Shown: positions 17,085-25,029, numbered from the stretch's first letter. The stretch is 32,000 nucleotides of DNA from Oscillospiraceae bacterium (GCA_017429835.1 JAFROD010000020.1:27927-59926); one strand, 5' to 3'. The notes: a model not told the origin generated them from the letters alone. Program-made: numbers and translations.

Positions 17085-17299
17085 GTTACATTGTCATTAT
17101 TGCGCTTGAGTGGGATGATATGCGGTGCGCTAGTTTCTTCCGAGTCAGGCGAGCTGTCGATATAAACCTCCTCGGCGGACAATAAAGCAGCACGCAGCTT
17201 TTCAACTTCGAAATGCGCCAGAGGAATCCGTTCCAACGGATCAATGACATCGTCGATCGCTGCGCATAAGATCATATACATTTTTCTATAGTCAGCCAT
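17078..17299 (-). CDS. Small hypothetical protein, divergent from the XRE gene
   Basis: 73-aa ORF beginning at an ATG. No family recognised. Confidence 0.5.
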   Translation of the reverse strand: MADYRKMYMILCAAIDDVIDPLERIPLAHFEVEKLRAALLSAEEVYIDSSPDSEETSAPHIIPLKRNNDNVTK

Positions 17300-17408
17300 A
17301 GGATCGCCTTCAATAATAGTCTATGTATAGCCCAATAGTAGCACGCATAGCCTAAAAAGTCCAGCGATTTTGGGTATTCTATCTTCAGAAATAAATGGAG
17401 GTAGGGCT

Positions 17409-17651
17409 ATGGATACGATCTCGGCAGTCAAAAACCGCATCCTGCAACTGTGCGAGGAACGGAATATGAGCATCAACAAGCTCTCCACGGTATGTGCGCT
17501 GCCGCCATCCAGCATCAAGAACATTCTGTACGGCAAAAGTCAGAATCCGAAACTGCTTACAATCAAAATGATCTGCGACGGTCTGGACATCACACTCGCG
17601 GAGTTCTTCTCCACCACGGAGTTCAACGAGTTGGAGCAGGAAATAAAATAG
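17409..17651 (+). CDS. Small XRE-family HTH protein
   Basis: ATG at 17409 follows GGAGGTAGGGCT. IKNRILQLCEERNMSINKLSTVCALPPSSIKNILYG is an HTH_3-type region. Confidence 0.78.
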   Translation: MDTISAVKNRILQLCEERNMSINKLSTVCALPPSSIKNILYGKSQNPKLLTIKMICDGLDITLAEFFSTTEFNELEQEIK

Positions 17652-17662
17652 GGAATCAAAGC

Positions 17663-17698
17663 AAGAGCACTTCTTTCCGCAGAAAGAAGTGCTCTTTT
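17663..17698 (+). terminator. Rho-independent terminator (perfect 15-bp stem). Copy A of a duplicated hairpin-plus-flank sequence.
   Basis: AAGAGCACTTCTTTC-cgca-GAAAGAAGTGCTCTT followed by TTTT. Compare 22287-22323. Confidence 0.85.
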
Positions 17699-17740
17699 GC
17701 AAATATAGAGAATCTTAGTTTGGAATGACAGTACGGCAAA

Positions 17741-18598
17741 TTAGTCACGTTGCTCACCATTGTTAACACTAATATTGTAACCCGGATGTTCGTTTAATGC
17801 TGTAAAGTATTGTATCATTACATCAATCGGAAAAGGATGCATTTCTTTGGCAGCATCATTTTCATTATCAAACGTCACGATTACTGGCTCCTTGAGTTCT
17901 TGTTCTTTACACAGTCTTTGATAATTTTCATATCCTTTTAGTGCATCATTAAACACAAACTCCAGTGCATGCAAGAATAACGTTTGTATTGCTGCTTGAC
18001 TTTCTCTGATATATGGCCGAAAATCAAAATTGTCTGGAAGAGTCATTATTTCATCCTTCAGTTTGCTCCATCCTTCAAATCTAAGCAATTCGTCTTTAAC
18101 ACACAGCATACTAACGCCGCTTTCCATGGACTGATTAAAAATCGTCAACGGCATACCAAAATGTGTCACATAATTTCGCATTCTTTTACATAGGCGGTAC
18201 CCAAACAATTCATCGTAAAGTTCAGAATCTAATTTTTGGAAACTTGCAAGATCATCTTTTTGATGTTTGGAAATCTCATTTTTTACTACATCAATGAACA
18301 CTGTAATAAAGGAAAGATATGCGATTAGAAGCTTGTTCCCCGTAATCAAGTATGGATCAGATTGAAAACCCTTTTGCTTCTTTAGTAAATCATTTAAAAT
18401 AGAATAGTAGTTTATAAAATCATTTGCGCTTTCATCAACCATTGCTTTTATAATCTTGCATCTTGAATAATATCCCGTAAAGCGAAACCAGTTGAAAAAC
18501 TGATAAAATTCCTCCTCAGAAATCTCGTTCTTTTTCCATAGATTTATCACAATTCCGTCTTTATCTGTACCTAATTCTGTTAGATAGTATTTTCTCAT
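17741..18598 (-). CDS. Hypothetical protein, AT-rich, with a possible HEPN-type Rx4H motif
   Basis: ATG at 18598. The sequence LCKRMRNYVTHFG contains R-N-x-x-x-H, as seen in HEPN/AbiD-F-like proteins. Motif-level evidence only. Confidence 0.6.
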   Translation of the reverse strand: MRKYYLTELGTDKDGIVINLWKKNEISEEEFYQFFNWFRFTGYYSRCKIIKAMVDESANDFINYYSILNDLLKKQKGFQSDPYLITGNKLLIAYLSFITVFIDVVKNEISKHQKDDLASFQKLDSELYDELFGYRLCKRMRNYVTHFGMPLTIFNQSMESGVSMLCVKDELLRFEGWSKLKDEIMTLPDNFDFRPYIRESQAAIQTLFLHALEFVFNDALKGYENYQRLCKEQELKEPVIVTFDNENDAAKEMHPFPIDVMIQYFTALNEHPGYNISVNNGEQRD

Positions 18599-18600
18599 GT

Positions 18601-18756
18601 TTATTGTGCTCCACACATTGTCTTAATATGACGCCCATGAGGAAGAGGCTCTCCATATGACTTCTCGCAAGCATCAATTATGTAGTTTTTTGCCTCTTGG
18701 ATTTGTTCCGAATTTGCAGTTTCATTCCAAATATCGCTGAAAGACAGGCGCTTTTG
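18601..18756 (-). pseudogene. Start-less 3' remnant of a gene formerly upstream of the 17741-18598 gene
   Basis: A 51-codon open frame (..SFSDIWNETANSEQIQEAKNYIIDACEKSYGEPLPHGRHIKTMCGAQ*) runs between an in-frame TAG (18757-18759) and a TAA (18601-18603). It has no canonical start codon, and its stop lies 2 nt before the downstream ATG. Confidence 0.35.
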
Positions 18757-18783
18757 CTATAAACAGCCGCAAACGAAAACTGC

Positions 18784-20922
18784 TCAGATTTCTTCAATCC
18801 CCAAGGATTTCAAATACCGATACGTTCCATCATAGAATTCCGGCAGGCGGGTGCTGTCTTCCCAGAAGCCGCTGGGGGTTTTGTTGGAATTGCCCTCGGG
18901 GACGCAGATCACCATGCCGGCGCGGGCGCGGGTGAGCAGGACGCGGTAGGCGTTCAGCATATACTTCATCTGCTCCTGCTGGTTTTCGGTGTTGCCCAGA
19001 ATCTCGTTCCACTTCGTATTGCCGTTGAAACGATAATAGCGCCATTTGCCGTTCTCATACCGCATATCTGCGTCCCAGAGCAGGCAGGTATAATCGAGCT
19101 CCAAGCCCTGGACCTGTATTTCCGTGGCGGCATCTTCGAGATAGTTGGACGATCGCGTGTCGATCTTATCTTCGAGGAACCAATGGACCGCGTTCTCATC
19201 ACCGGAGGGCAGGATATGTACCGCCAGCGGTTTGTAACGCGCGGACTCTTTCGTCACCAAGACGCCCGTGCGCTCTGTGCCTCGCACTTTGCTATGGAGC
19301 CATCTGCGCGCCTTTGCCATATCTCGCGTAAGCACGATCGGGTACTTGTCTTTGATTTCTTCATAGATCGTCTTTGCGCTTTCATCGAAGGATAGCAAGG
19401 CGTGGACAAACGCGGACAGCTTTTCGGCACGGTAGGAGCGCAAAGAAACGCCTAAGTGCAGGTCTTCTGAATAGGTGACGTTCTGGTTGTTCGCAAGCAG
19501 CTCGTTGACCCGGCCTTCGGCGTATTCCGCCTCGGTCAGCTTGGGCGAAATGTAAACCTTCCAGTGCGAGAATTCCTCGTTGATTGCCTGAATCCACTCG
19601 CTGATTCCGGCCTCGCCGGTGTTGATTTCCTGACCGCCGCCGACCAGACAGATGATCGTCGCCCAGTCTTCGCGCTGATCAAGCGACCAGATCAGGAACG
19701 CCGCTTCGGAAACAGGGAAGTTCGGTACTTTCAGCTTGTTGCCGTATGTTCCGCCACGTTTGAGGTAGTCAGCGAGCCGCTTGTGTGTCCAAGAACGCTG
19801 TGCCTCGTCGAAAATCGCAACATGCTCCACCTCGCCAAAGCCGGCTTCCTCCATTTTGACCGCTTTCGTTGGGTCGATCTCGAGAACGCCGTTTTCAACA
19901 GGGTTCTTGATCTTTGCAAGCATATTGTCACGATAGCGGTGAATCATCTGGATCGATTTGCTCACCTCACGGCGAGAATCGGTCATTTTCTTTTTCTCGC
20001 CATCCTCGCGGCAGCGCTTGTAGTTATCCTGCGCAAGTGCTTCGGTGAGAACAGCAACGAGAGGGCCGTTTCCGGACAGATAAACGGCGCCTTCGTCCTT
20101 CACGGGCTCGGTTTGTCCCTGATAGGTCTGTCGGATCGCCACGTCAAGACCGACAAGCGTTTTCCCTGCGCCGGGAACGCCGGTCACGAAGCAAATGCTC
20201 TTTTCCTGCCGTTCCTTGCTCTGCCGAATTACGTCGAGGATATACGCGATCGTCCGATCAGTGGAAACCTTGTCCGCCTCGTGCCGTGTGATGTTTTCGA
20301 CAGAATGGTTTTCGTACAAAGAGCGCGCAGCTTCGATAATCGTAGGCGTCGGTGCATACGGGCTGATAATCCAGTTGGGATCAACCGGCGTTTCGTTCGG
20401 GAAGCGATTCAGAACGGTGGAAAGCAGATTGAGAATCCCAGACGTGCCGGTCACTAACGGGTTTACCACCTGATCATCATAGACGGACATCTTCACGTCG
20501 GACGATGAACCGCGGTACTCCGTGGCGATGAGAACCGGGACAATGACTTTGTCCTGGCTGAATCTGTGGAAGTTTTTGAGGTCCAGCGCATAATCGAGGA
20601 CCTGATCCACGTCGGCTTCTAGTATAGTTGCCTGTCCGACCTTGAACTCCAAGCAGAAGATAATTCCTCGATAGAGCAGAACGACGTCAATCCGCTTGCC
20701 AAGACGGGGGATATCATACTCGAAAATGATGCGCCCATCCTTGTTGCTCAATAGGGACAAAGCGTCTTTCATTACCGAGATTTCGCCCTTCGACGCCTCT
20801 CTTGTGGTGGTTTTGGCGTCACCGTGGTAACGATCGCACAGCTTGCCGAGGATTGACACGTCTGATTCGTTGAGGAATCCTATAAAGTTGTTGTCATATA
20901 GGCAGCGGGGATTATTTCTCAT
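18784..20922 (-). CDS. DUF2075-type (Schlafen-like) protein: N-terminal PD-(D/E)xK nuclease-like domain plus P-loop ATPase/SF1-like helicase
   Basis: RIDVVLLYRGIIFCLEFKVG (D...ExK), Walker A VTGVPGAGKT, Walker B VAIFDEAQ, and C-terminal NAYRVLLTRARAGMVI (helicase motif VI-like). Confidence 0.78.
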   Translation of the reverse strand: MRNNPRCLYDNNFIGFLNESDVSILGKLCDRYHGDAKTTTREASKGEISVMKDALSLLSNKDGRIIFEYDIPRLGKRIDVVLLYRGIIFCLEFKVGQATILEADVDQVLDYALDLKNFHRFSQDKVIVPVLIATEYRGSSSDVKMSVYDDQVVNPLVTGTSGILNLLSTVLNRFPNETPVDPNWIISPYAPTPTIIEAARSLYENHSVENITRHEADKVSTDRTIAYILDVIRQSKERQEKSICFVTGVPGAGKTLVGLDVAIRQTYQGQTEPVKDEGAVYLSGNGPLVAVLTEALAQDNYKRCREDGEKKKMTDSRREVSKSIQMIHRYRDNMLAKIKNPVENGVLEIDPTKAVKMEEAGFGEVEHVAIFDEAQRSWTHKRLADYLKRGGTYGNKLKVPNFPVSEAAFLIWSLDQREDWATIICLVGGGQEINTGEAGISEWIQAINEEFSHWKVYISPKLTEAEYAEGRVNELLANNQNVTYSEDLHLGVSLRSYRAEKLSAFVHALLSFDESAKTIYEEIKDKYPIVLTRDMAKARRWLHSKVRGTERTGVLVTKESARYKPLAVHILPSGDENAVHWFLEDKIDTRSSNYLEDAATEIQVQGLELDYTCLLWDADMRYENGKWRYYRFNGNTKWNEILGNTENQQEQMKYMLNAYRVLLTRARAGMVICVPEGNSNKTPSGFWEDSTRLPEFYDGTYRYLKSLGIEEI

Positions 20923-20997
20923 AATGATGGTTCCCTTCGTTGAGTGTAATTTGCTGTCTATTTTGCACGTAACGGTGGTTGTGCCGAACGCTTCAAA

Positions 20998-22143
20998 CTA
21001 CGTATCCTTCCTGAGAATATCCAAATACTCATCATAGGTAAATACGAGCGATTTTCCGGATTTGGCGGAGTATTGCAGAATGCCCTTGTCGCGGAGGATC
21101 GTAATATAATTTGCTGTGCCATTTCTGGAAAAGCCGAGCGCAGCTGCTGTTTTGACCGTTTCGATGATTGGGTTTCGCTCGATATAGGCGAACAGATCCA
21201 GGATACGCTGGCGTGAACGGGTCGGAACATCTGCCAGCTTTGCTTCGTTCTTCTGGTGCAGCGCATTCAGACGGTCAATGGTTTCCGTGGCATCTTCGGC
21301 AGTTTCGGCGATTCCACGCAGGAAGAATTTAACCCATTGCTCGTAATTGCCGCTCTTGCGGATCTCGCTCATTCTGTCATAATACTCGATCCGGTTCAAC
21401 TTCAGATAGCAAGACAGATACAACACAGGAGAGGATAATACATTCGCTCCCATCAGGAACAAGGTGATCAACAGCCTGCCGACACGCCCGTTGCCGTCAA
21501 GGAAGGGATGGATCGTTTCAAACTGATAGTGAAGCAGTGCTGCTTTTATCAGTGGATCCATCGCATCGGCATCATTCATGAATCTTTCAAAGTCCGCCAT
21601 ACACTCGGCCATATCCTGCGGATTGGGCGGAATATAGCGGGCATTTTTCAGCGTGCTACCGGGAGGGCCGATCCAGTTCTGCGATACACGGAATTCTCCT
21701 GGCGTTTTATCACTGCCGCGAACGCTGCGCATCAACACTTCGTGTGTTTCCCGGATCAGCCGGTTGCACAAAGGGAGCTCCTTCAGCCGCTGAATGGCAA
21801 AATTGATCGCGCGGACATAATTCACGACATCGGAAACATCGGCGTTTGCATTCTCGTCGATCTCCGGGTCCAGTACATCTTCCAGCGTGCATTGCGTTCC
21901 TTCGATCTGTGAGGAGACCAGCGCTTCCTTCCGGACGTACATGGAGATAAACAGATCCTTATTCGGAATGCGGTCAGATAAGCCGTTGAGCAGCGACAGC
22001 TTCTTGTGCGCGTCGATCAGAAGCTGCTGCATCTCGGTATCAATTTCAAAACTCGGCTCCGGTGGCAGCGGCTGTGGATAGAATGAAGTATACTGCAGTT
22101 CGCCGCTGAGGTTCTGCACCGTTGTTCCCGCACGATTCTTCAT
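20998..22143 (-). CDS. Fic-family protein (AMPylase-type) with a probable C-terminal winged-helix domain
   Basis: Canonical Fic motif HPFLDGNGRVGRLL. The N-terminal region is Fic_N-like. RBS GGAGG lies upstream of ATG 22143. Confidence 0.88.
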   Translation of the reverse strand: MKNRAGTTVQNLSGELQYTSFYPQPLPPEPSFEIDTEMQQLLIDAHKKLSLLNGLSDRIPNKDLFISMYVRKEALVSSQIEGTQCTLEDVLDPEIDENANADVSDVVNYVRAINFAIQRLKELPLCNRLIRETHEVLMRSVRGSDKTPGEFRVSQNWIGPPGSTLKNARYIPPNPQDMAECMADFERFMNDADAMDPLIKAALLHYQFETIHPFLDGNGRVGRLLITLFLMGANVLSSPVLYLSCYLKLNRIEYYDRMSEIRKSGNYEQWVKFFLRGIAETAEDATETIDRLNALHQKNEAKLADVPTRSRQRILDLFAYIERNPIIETVKTAAALGFSRNGTANYITILRDKGILQYSAKSGKSLVFTYDEYLDILRKDT

Positions 22144-22175
22144 TGCGAAACCTCCAATTTGCGTTTTCTACCGGT

Positions 22176-22204
22176 AGTATAGCATAGAAAACGCACAAAA
22201 TCAA
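22176..22204 (-). promoter_or_regulatory. Promoter of the Fic gene, overlapped by an inverted-repeat operator
   Basis: Minus strand TTGATT (22204-22199), 17-nt spacer, TATACT (22181-22176). The inverted repeat GCGTTTTCTA (22161-22170) / TAGAAAACGC (22185-22194) brackets the -10 element. Confidence 0.55.
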
Positions 22205-22218
22205 TAGTTTGTGAGTTT
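22185..22218. repeat. 34-bp direct repeat, copy 1 (operator-like)
   Basis: TAGAAAACGCACAAAATCAATAGTTTGTGAGTTT. Confidence 0.8.
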
Positions 22219-22235
22219 TCCAAAGATAATTGTTT

Positions 22236-22269
22236 TAGAAAACGCAAAAAATCGACAGTTTGTGAGTTT
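22236..22269. repeat. 34-bp direct repeat, copy 2
   Basis: TAGAAAACGCAAAAAATCGACAGTTTGTGAGTTT, identical to copy 1 at 30 of 34 positions and 51 bp away. Confidence 0.8.
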
Positions 22270-22286
22270 GCCTAAAGCGGACAGAA

Positions 22287-22323
22287 AAGAGCGTTTCTTT
22301 CCGAGGAAAGAAGCGCTCTTTTT
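22287..22323 (+). terminator. Orphan terminator-like hairpin. Copy B of the sequence at 17663-17698.
   Basis: AAGAGCGTTTCTTTCC-ga-GGAAAGAAGCGCTCTT followed by TTT. No plus-strand gene ends upstream of it. The flank ATATAGAGA is shared with copy A. Confidence 0.6.
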
Positions 22324-22579
22324 GGGATATAGAGATAGAAACTTGTGATAAATCCGGAGAGCTATCATATCGTCAATGTACTGTTTTTCGCCCCAATGTA
22401 CTGTTCTTTCAGCTCACCGCTGATGTGCATCGTCCGGTCTGCATGCAGCGCAGAAATAAGCAGCACTAATTTTTCTGGAGAAGATGCGGCTCAAAAATTA
22501 GCGTTGCTAATTTTTCGGCAGATGCGGCAGATAGTTTACTTGAATTCTGATGAATCAGAAATATAACATCACATTGACA

Positions 22580-22677
22580 AAAGGGGATAAAAAAGGGGGT
22601 ATAAAATGGGGTATAAAAAGGAGTATAAAAAGGGGTATAAAAAGAGGGATAATACGGCGCATAAAAGGGCTGGAAAA
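22580..22677. repeat. Eight tandem iteron-like units of 12-13 bp
   Basis: AAAGGGGATAAAA AAGGGGGTATAAA ATGGGGTATAAA AAGGAGTATAAA AAGGGGTATAAA AAGAGGGATAAT ACGGCGCATAAA AGGGCTGGAAAA. Confidence 0.85.
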
Positions 22678-22730
22678 ACGATGCGGGGGGAATACTGCCG
22701 CAGCTTGCAATCAATGATTGCGCGTTTCGG

Positions 22731-22759
22731 TTGCGTTTCGGCGGCTTCGGCGGTATAAT
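22731..22759 (+). promoter_or_regulatory. Strong sigma-A-type promoter at the head of the cassette array
   Basis: TTGCGT (22731-22736), 17-nt spacer, TATAAT (22754-22759), about 70 nt upstream of the first cassette start. Confidence 0.65.
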
Positions 22760-22780
22760 CAGTACAGAGCGAACGCTTCG

Positions 22781-22819
22781 CAGAGGAAAAGCATCCCGGC
22801 AAATCGGGGTTTGAGGAGG
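22781..22819 (+). repeat. Cassette-junction repeat R0 (shortened; right half conserved)
   Basis: CAGAGGAAAAGCATCCCGGCAAATCGGGGTTTGAGGAGG. Confidence 0.7.
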
Positions 22820-22827
22820 AAATGAAA

Positions 22828-23700
22828 ATGCAATACGAAATCATGCCCTGTGTAGACGGCGATGCGGAATACATCGAAGAACAGGCGGATCAGGCGACAA
22901 ACGCCATCGCACCGCCGGTGGAAGGCGCGCAGGAAGAGGTGTTCATTTATCAAGTCACAGACACGGACGGACGTTTTCTGGGCGGGTGTATTCTGGTTAC
23001 AGAAGAATGGAAGACCGCGATCATCGTTGACCTGTGGGTGGAAGAAGCCTATCGTCATCAGGGAATCGCCTCCGCGCTGATCCGGGAATCCGAGCGGAAA
23101 GCCCGGGAAATGGGATGCTATCTTATGCTGATCGGCACCTTCGATTTTCAGGCGAAGCCCCTCTATGACAAACATGGCTATGCGCTGATCGAAACCATGA
23201 CGGATTATCCAAAGGGGCATGAACACTATTTCTTACAGAAGCGGCTTGACCGTCCTGACGGCGAAGCCGCCCCATCCGATCTCGGCAGTTACAAGATTAC
23301 CCTTGCGGGGGAAGAAATCGCAGAAAAGCTCTCTGCCAGGCTGAATCGGCATGACGAAGCCTGTGTTCCGCGGGAACACCCTTACATCTCCATTTGCAAA
23401 AAGGCAATCGACGAGAATGGGAAACTCATCGCCGGGATCGTAGGAGGCGTGGATGGATGGGATAATCCGGATATCGATGCGCTTTGGGTGGACGAAGCCT
23501 GCCGCAAGCAAGGGATCGCTTCCGCGCTTCTCCGTGCGTTCGAGCGGGAGGCAAAGGGAAACGGCGCCTACAGGCTGGCTATTGAGCCGTTCGATTGGAA
23601 CGTCGGTTTTTTCAGGAAGAATGGGTACGAAACAGTCACTGGCGTGCTGGAGGATTATCCGAAAGGGCATACCATGTACTGCATGGAGAAGCCTCTTTGA
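22828..23700 (+). CDS. Tandem-domain GNAT acetyltransferase (cassette 1)
   Basis: Two GNAT cores: VEEAYRHQGIASALI and VDEACRKQGIASALL. ATG 22828 lies 8 nt after GGAGG. The alternative ATG at 22822 lies only 2 nt after it. Confidence 0.8.
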   Translation: MQYEIMPCVDGDAEYIEEQADQATNAIAPPVEGAQEEVFIYQVTDTDGRFLGGCILVTEEWKTAIIVDLWVEEAYRHQGIASALIRESERKAREMGCYLMLIGTFDFQAKPLYDKHGYALIETMTDYPKGHEHYFLQKRLDRPDGEAAPSDLGSYKITLAGEEIAEKLSARLNRHDEACVPREHPYISICKKAIDENGKLIAGIVGGVDGWDNPDIDALWVDEACRKQGIASALLRAFEREAKGNGAYRLAIEPFDWNVGFFRKNGYETVTGVLEDYPKGHTMYCMEKPL

Positions 23701-23712
23701 CTGGCCCACTGA

Positions 23713-23776
23713 CAAATTCCGGTTTGCGGAGACAGGCAAATCATAAACGATCCCGGCAAATCGGGATTTGCGGAGG
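23713..23776 (+). repeat. Cassette-junction repeat R1
   Basis: CAAATTCCGGTTTGCGGAGACAGGCAAATCATAAACGATCCCGGCAAATCGGGATTTGCGGAGG. Confidence 0.9.
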
Positions 23777-23782
23777 CAAAAA

Positions 23783-24703
23783 GTGCAGAAACGAATACGC
23801 ATAATCACAGGATTTCTTGCTGGTGTAATAGTTATTTCGCTGGCAGCTTGTTCTGCAAGCAAAGAGGAATCAATGTTCGACAAGATCAAAGAGAGTCAAG
23901 CTGCAAAGATGGAATCAGATGAAGCGACGCTGTCTGATCTCCCGGTGTACAGTTACACCTGGAGGATGGCAGAAGCCCTCGATGATTCATCTTATGATGA
24001 ATACATGCATGATGACGGCCAGCGGTTTCATAGTCTTATGTCATTTTCTGAAAAGTTGCGGTCCTCGGAAGAACTTACATTTACACCTTATACAAGCAAT
24101 CTGGTGGAGCTACTCAATCTCACGATTCCGGATCAATGCATGGTAAACTACGGAACAGAGTTCGCCGGAGAGTCTGTTTATGAAATAGAGGGCGAACCTG
24201 CGGTAGCGGCAGAGGCTGTACAGGTGACAGAAAACTTCTTTGATCTGTTTCCTTTGCAGGTTGCAGAAGGTCGTGGATTCACCGACGATGATTATGACTA
24301 CCTGGGTAAAGGGAGGATTCCTGTAATTCTCGGAACGACATACAAAGAAACATTTTCAATTGGTGATACGTTTGAAGGATATTACATTTTTGAACGTTTC
24401 ACCTTTGAAGTAATAGGTTTTGCGGAAGGCGGAAGAGTTTTTTACAGCAGCGGCGACCGTATGCCTGTATCATACGATCGTTATATCATTATGCCTTTTG
24501 CTTCCATTTACGAAGATTCTGAAATCAGCCGGATCATACTACTGCAGCAAATCTGTGGATTGATTACAGATGGGGACGGAAGACAGGAAGCGCTGAATCA
24601 AGTTAATGAATTGCTCGCAGAAACCGGTCTGAAGGATTGGATTGGTCAAATCTATATTACGGACGACAGCTTAAGGACGATGATTCAGTATTACTTGAAC
24701 TAA
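23783..24703 (+). CDS. Lipoprotein with a MacB/FtsX-type periplasmic-domain-like region (cassette 2)
   Basis: GTG 23783 lies 6 nt after GGAGG. The signal peptide is QKRIRIITGFLAGVIVISLAAC. VTENFFDLFPLQVAEGRGFTDDD resembles the extracytoplasmic domain of MacB-like permeases. Confidence 0.65.
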   Translation: MQKRIRIITGFLAGVIVISLAACSASKEESMFDKIKESQAAKMESDEATLSDLPVYSYTWRMAEALDDSSYDEYMHDDGQRFHSLMSFSEKLRSSEELTFTPYTSNLVELLNLTIPDQCMVNYGTEFAGESVYEIEGEPAVAAEAVQVTENFFDLFPLQVAEGRGFTDDDYDYLGKGRIPVILGTTYKETFSIGDTFEGYYIFERFTFEVIGFAEGGRVFYSSGDRMPVSYDRYIIMPFASIYEDSEISRIILLQQICGLITDGDGRQEALNQVNELLAETGLKDWIGQIYITDDSLRTMIQYYLN

Positions 24704-24730
24704 CCTTCTCAAACAATCTCGGATGTTTAA

Positions 24731-24794
24731 CAAATTCTGGTTTGCGGAGGCAGCAAATCATAAACGATCCCGGCAGATCGGGATTTGAGGAAGG
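24731..24794 (+). repeat. Cassette-junction repeat R2
   Basis: CAAATTCTGGTTTGCGGAGGCAGCAAATCATAAACGATCCCGGCAGATCGGGATTTGAGGAAGG. Confidence 0.9.
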
Positions 24795-24799
24795 ACGTT

Positions 24800-25024
24800 A
24801 TGAACGAAAATAAGAATAACAAGAACGGCAAGAAAGGCAATAATTCATCCGGCCTTGCGATTGGTATGTGTATTGGAATTTCGATCGGGACAGCTATCGG
24901 AGCGGCAACGCACAATATCGGATTGTGGATGCCCATCGGACTTTCTGTTGGGTTGTGTCTCGGTATGGTGTTGGGACATAACAGTGAAGATGATAACGAG
25001 GATGGCACGGACGATAAGCAATAG
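24800..25024 (+). CDS. Small glycine-zipper membrane protein (cassette 3)
   Basis: 74 aa. The sequence GLAIGMCIGISIGTAIGAATHNIGLWMPIGLSVGLCLGMVLG forms two hydrophobic Gly-rich helices. Confidence 0.6.
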   Translation: MNENKNNKNGKKGNNSSGLAIGMCIGISIGTAIGAATHNIGLWMPIGLSVGLCLGMVLGHNSEDDNEDGTDDKQ

Positions 25025-25029
25025 GCATA

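Noticed and set aside
19564-20457. 297-aa plus-strand ORF opposite the DUF2075 gene, and a 218-aa minus-strand ORF (23233-23889) opposite the GNAT gene
   Set aside because: Both are antisense frames of genes that carry clear motifs.
22493-22515. TAGCGT inside the palindrome AAAAATTAGC-gtt-GCTAATTTTT as a possible CS-6 element of an ssoA-type single-strand origin
   Set aside because: The hexamer is short and spans arm and loop rather than sitting in a terminal loop. No RSB-like partner or rolling-circle Rep gene was seen, so the idea is too speculative to call.
22466-22874. 82-aa and 101-aa minus-strand ORFs with (PFYT)n-like repeats
   Set aside because: They are translations of the 12-bp tandem DNA repeat. 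They have no RBS and overlap the array promoter.
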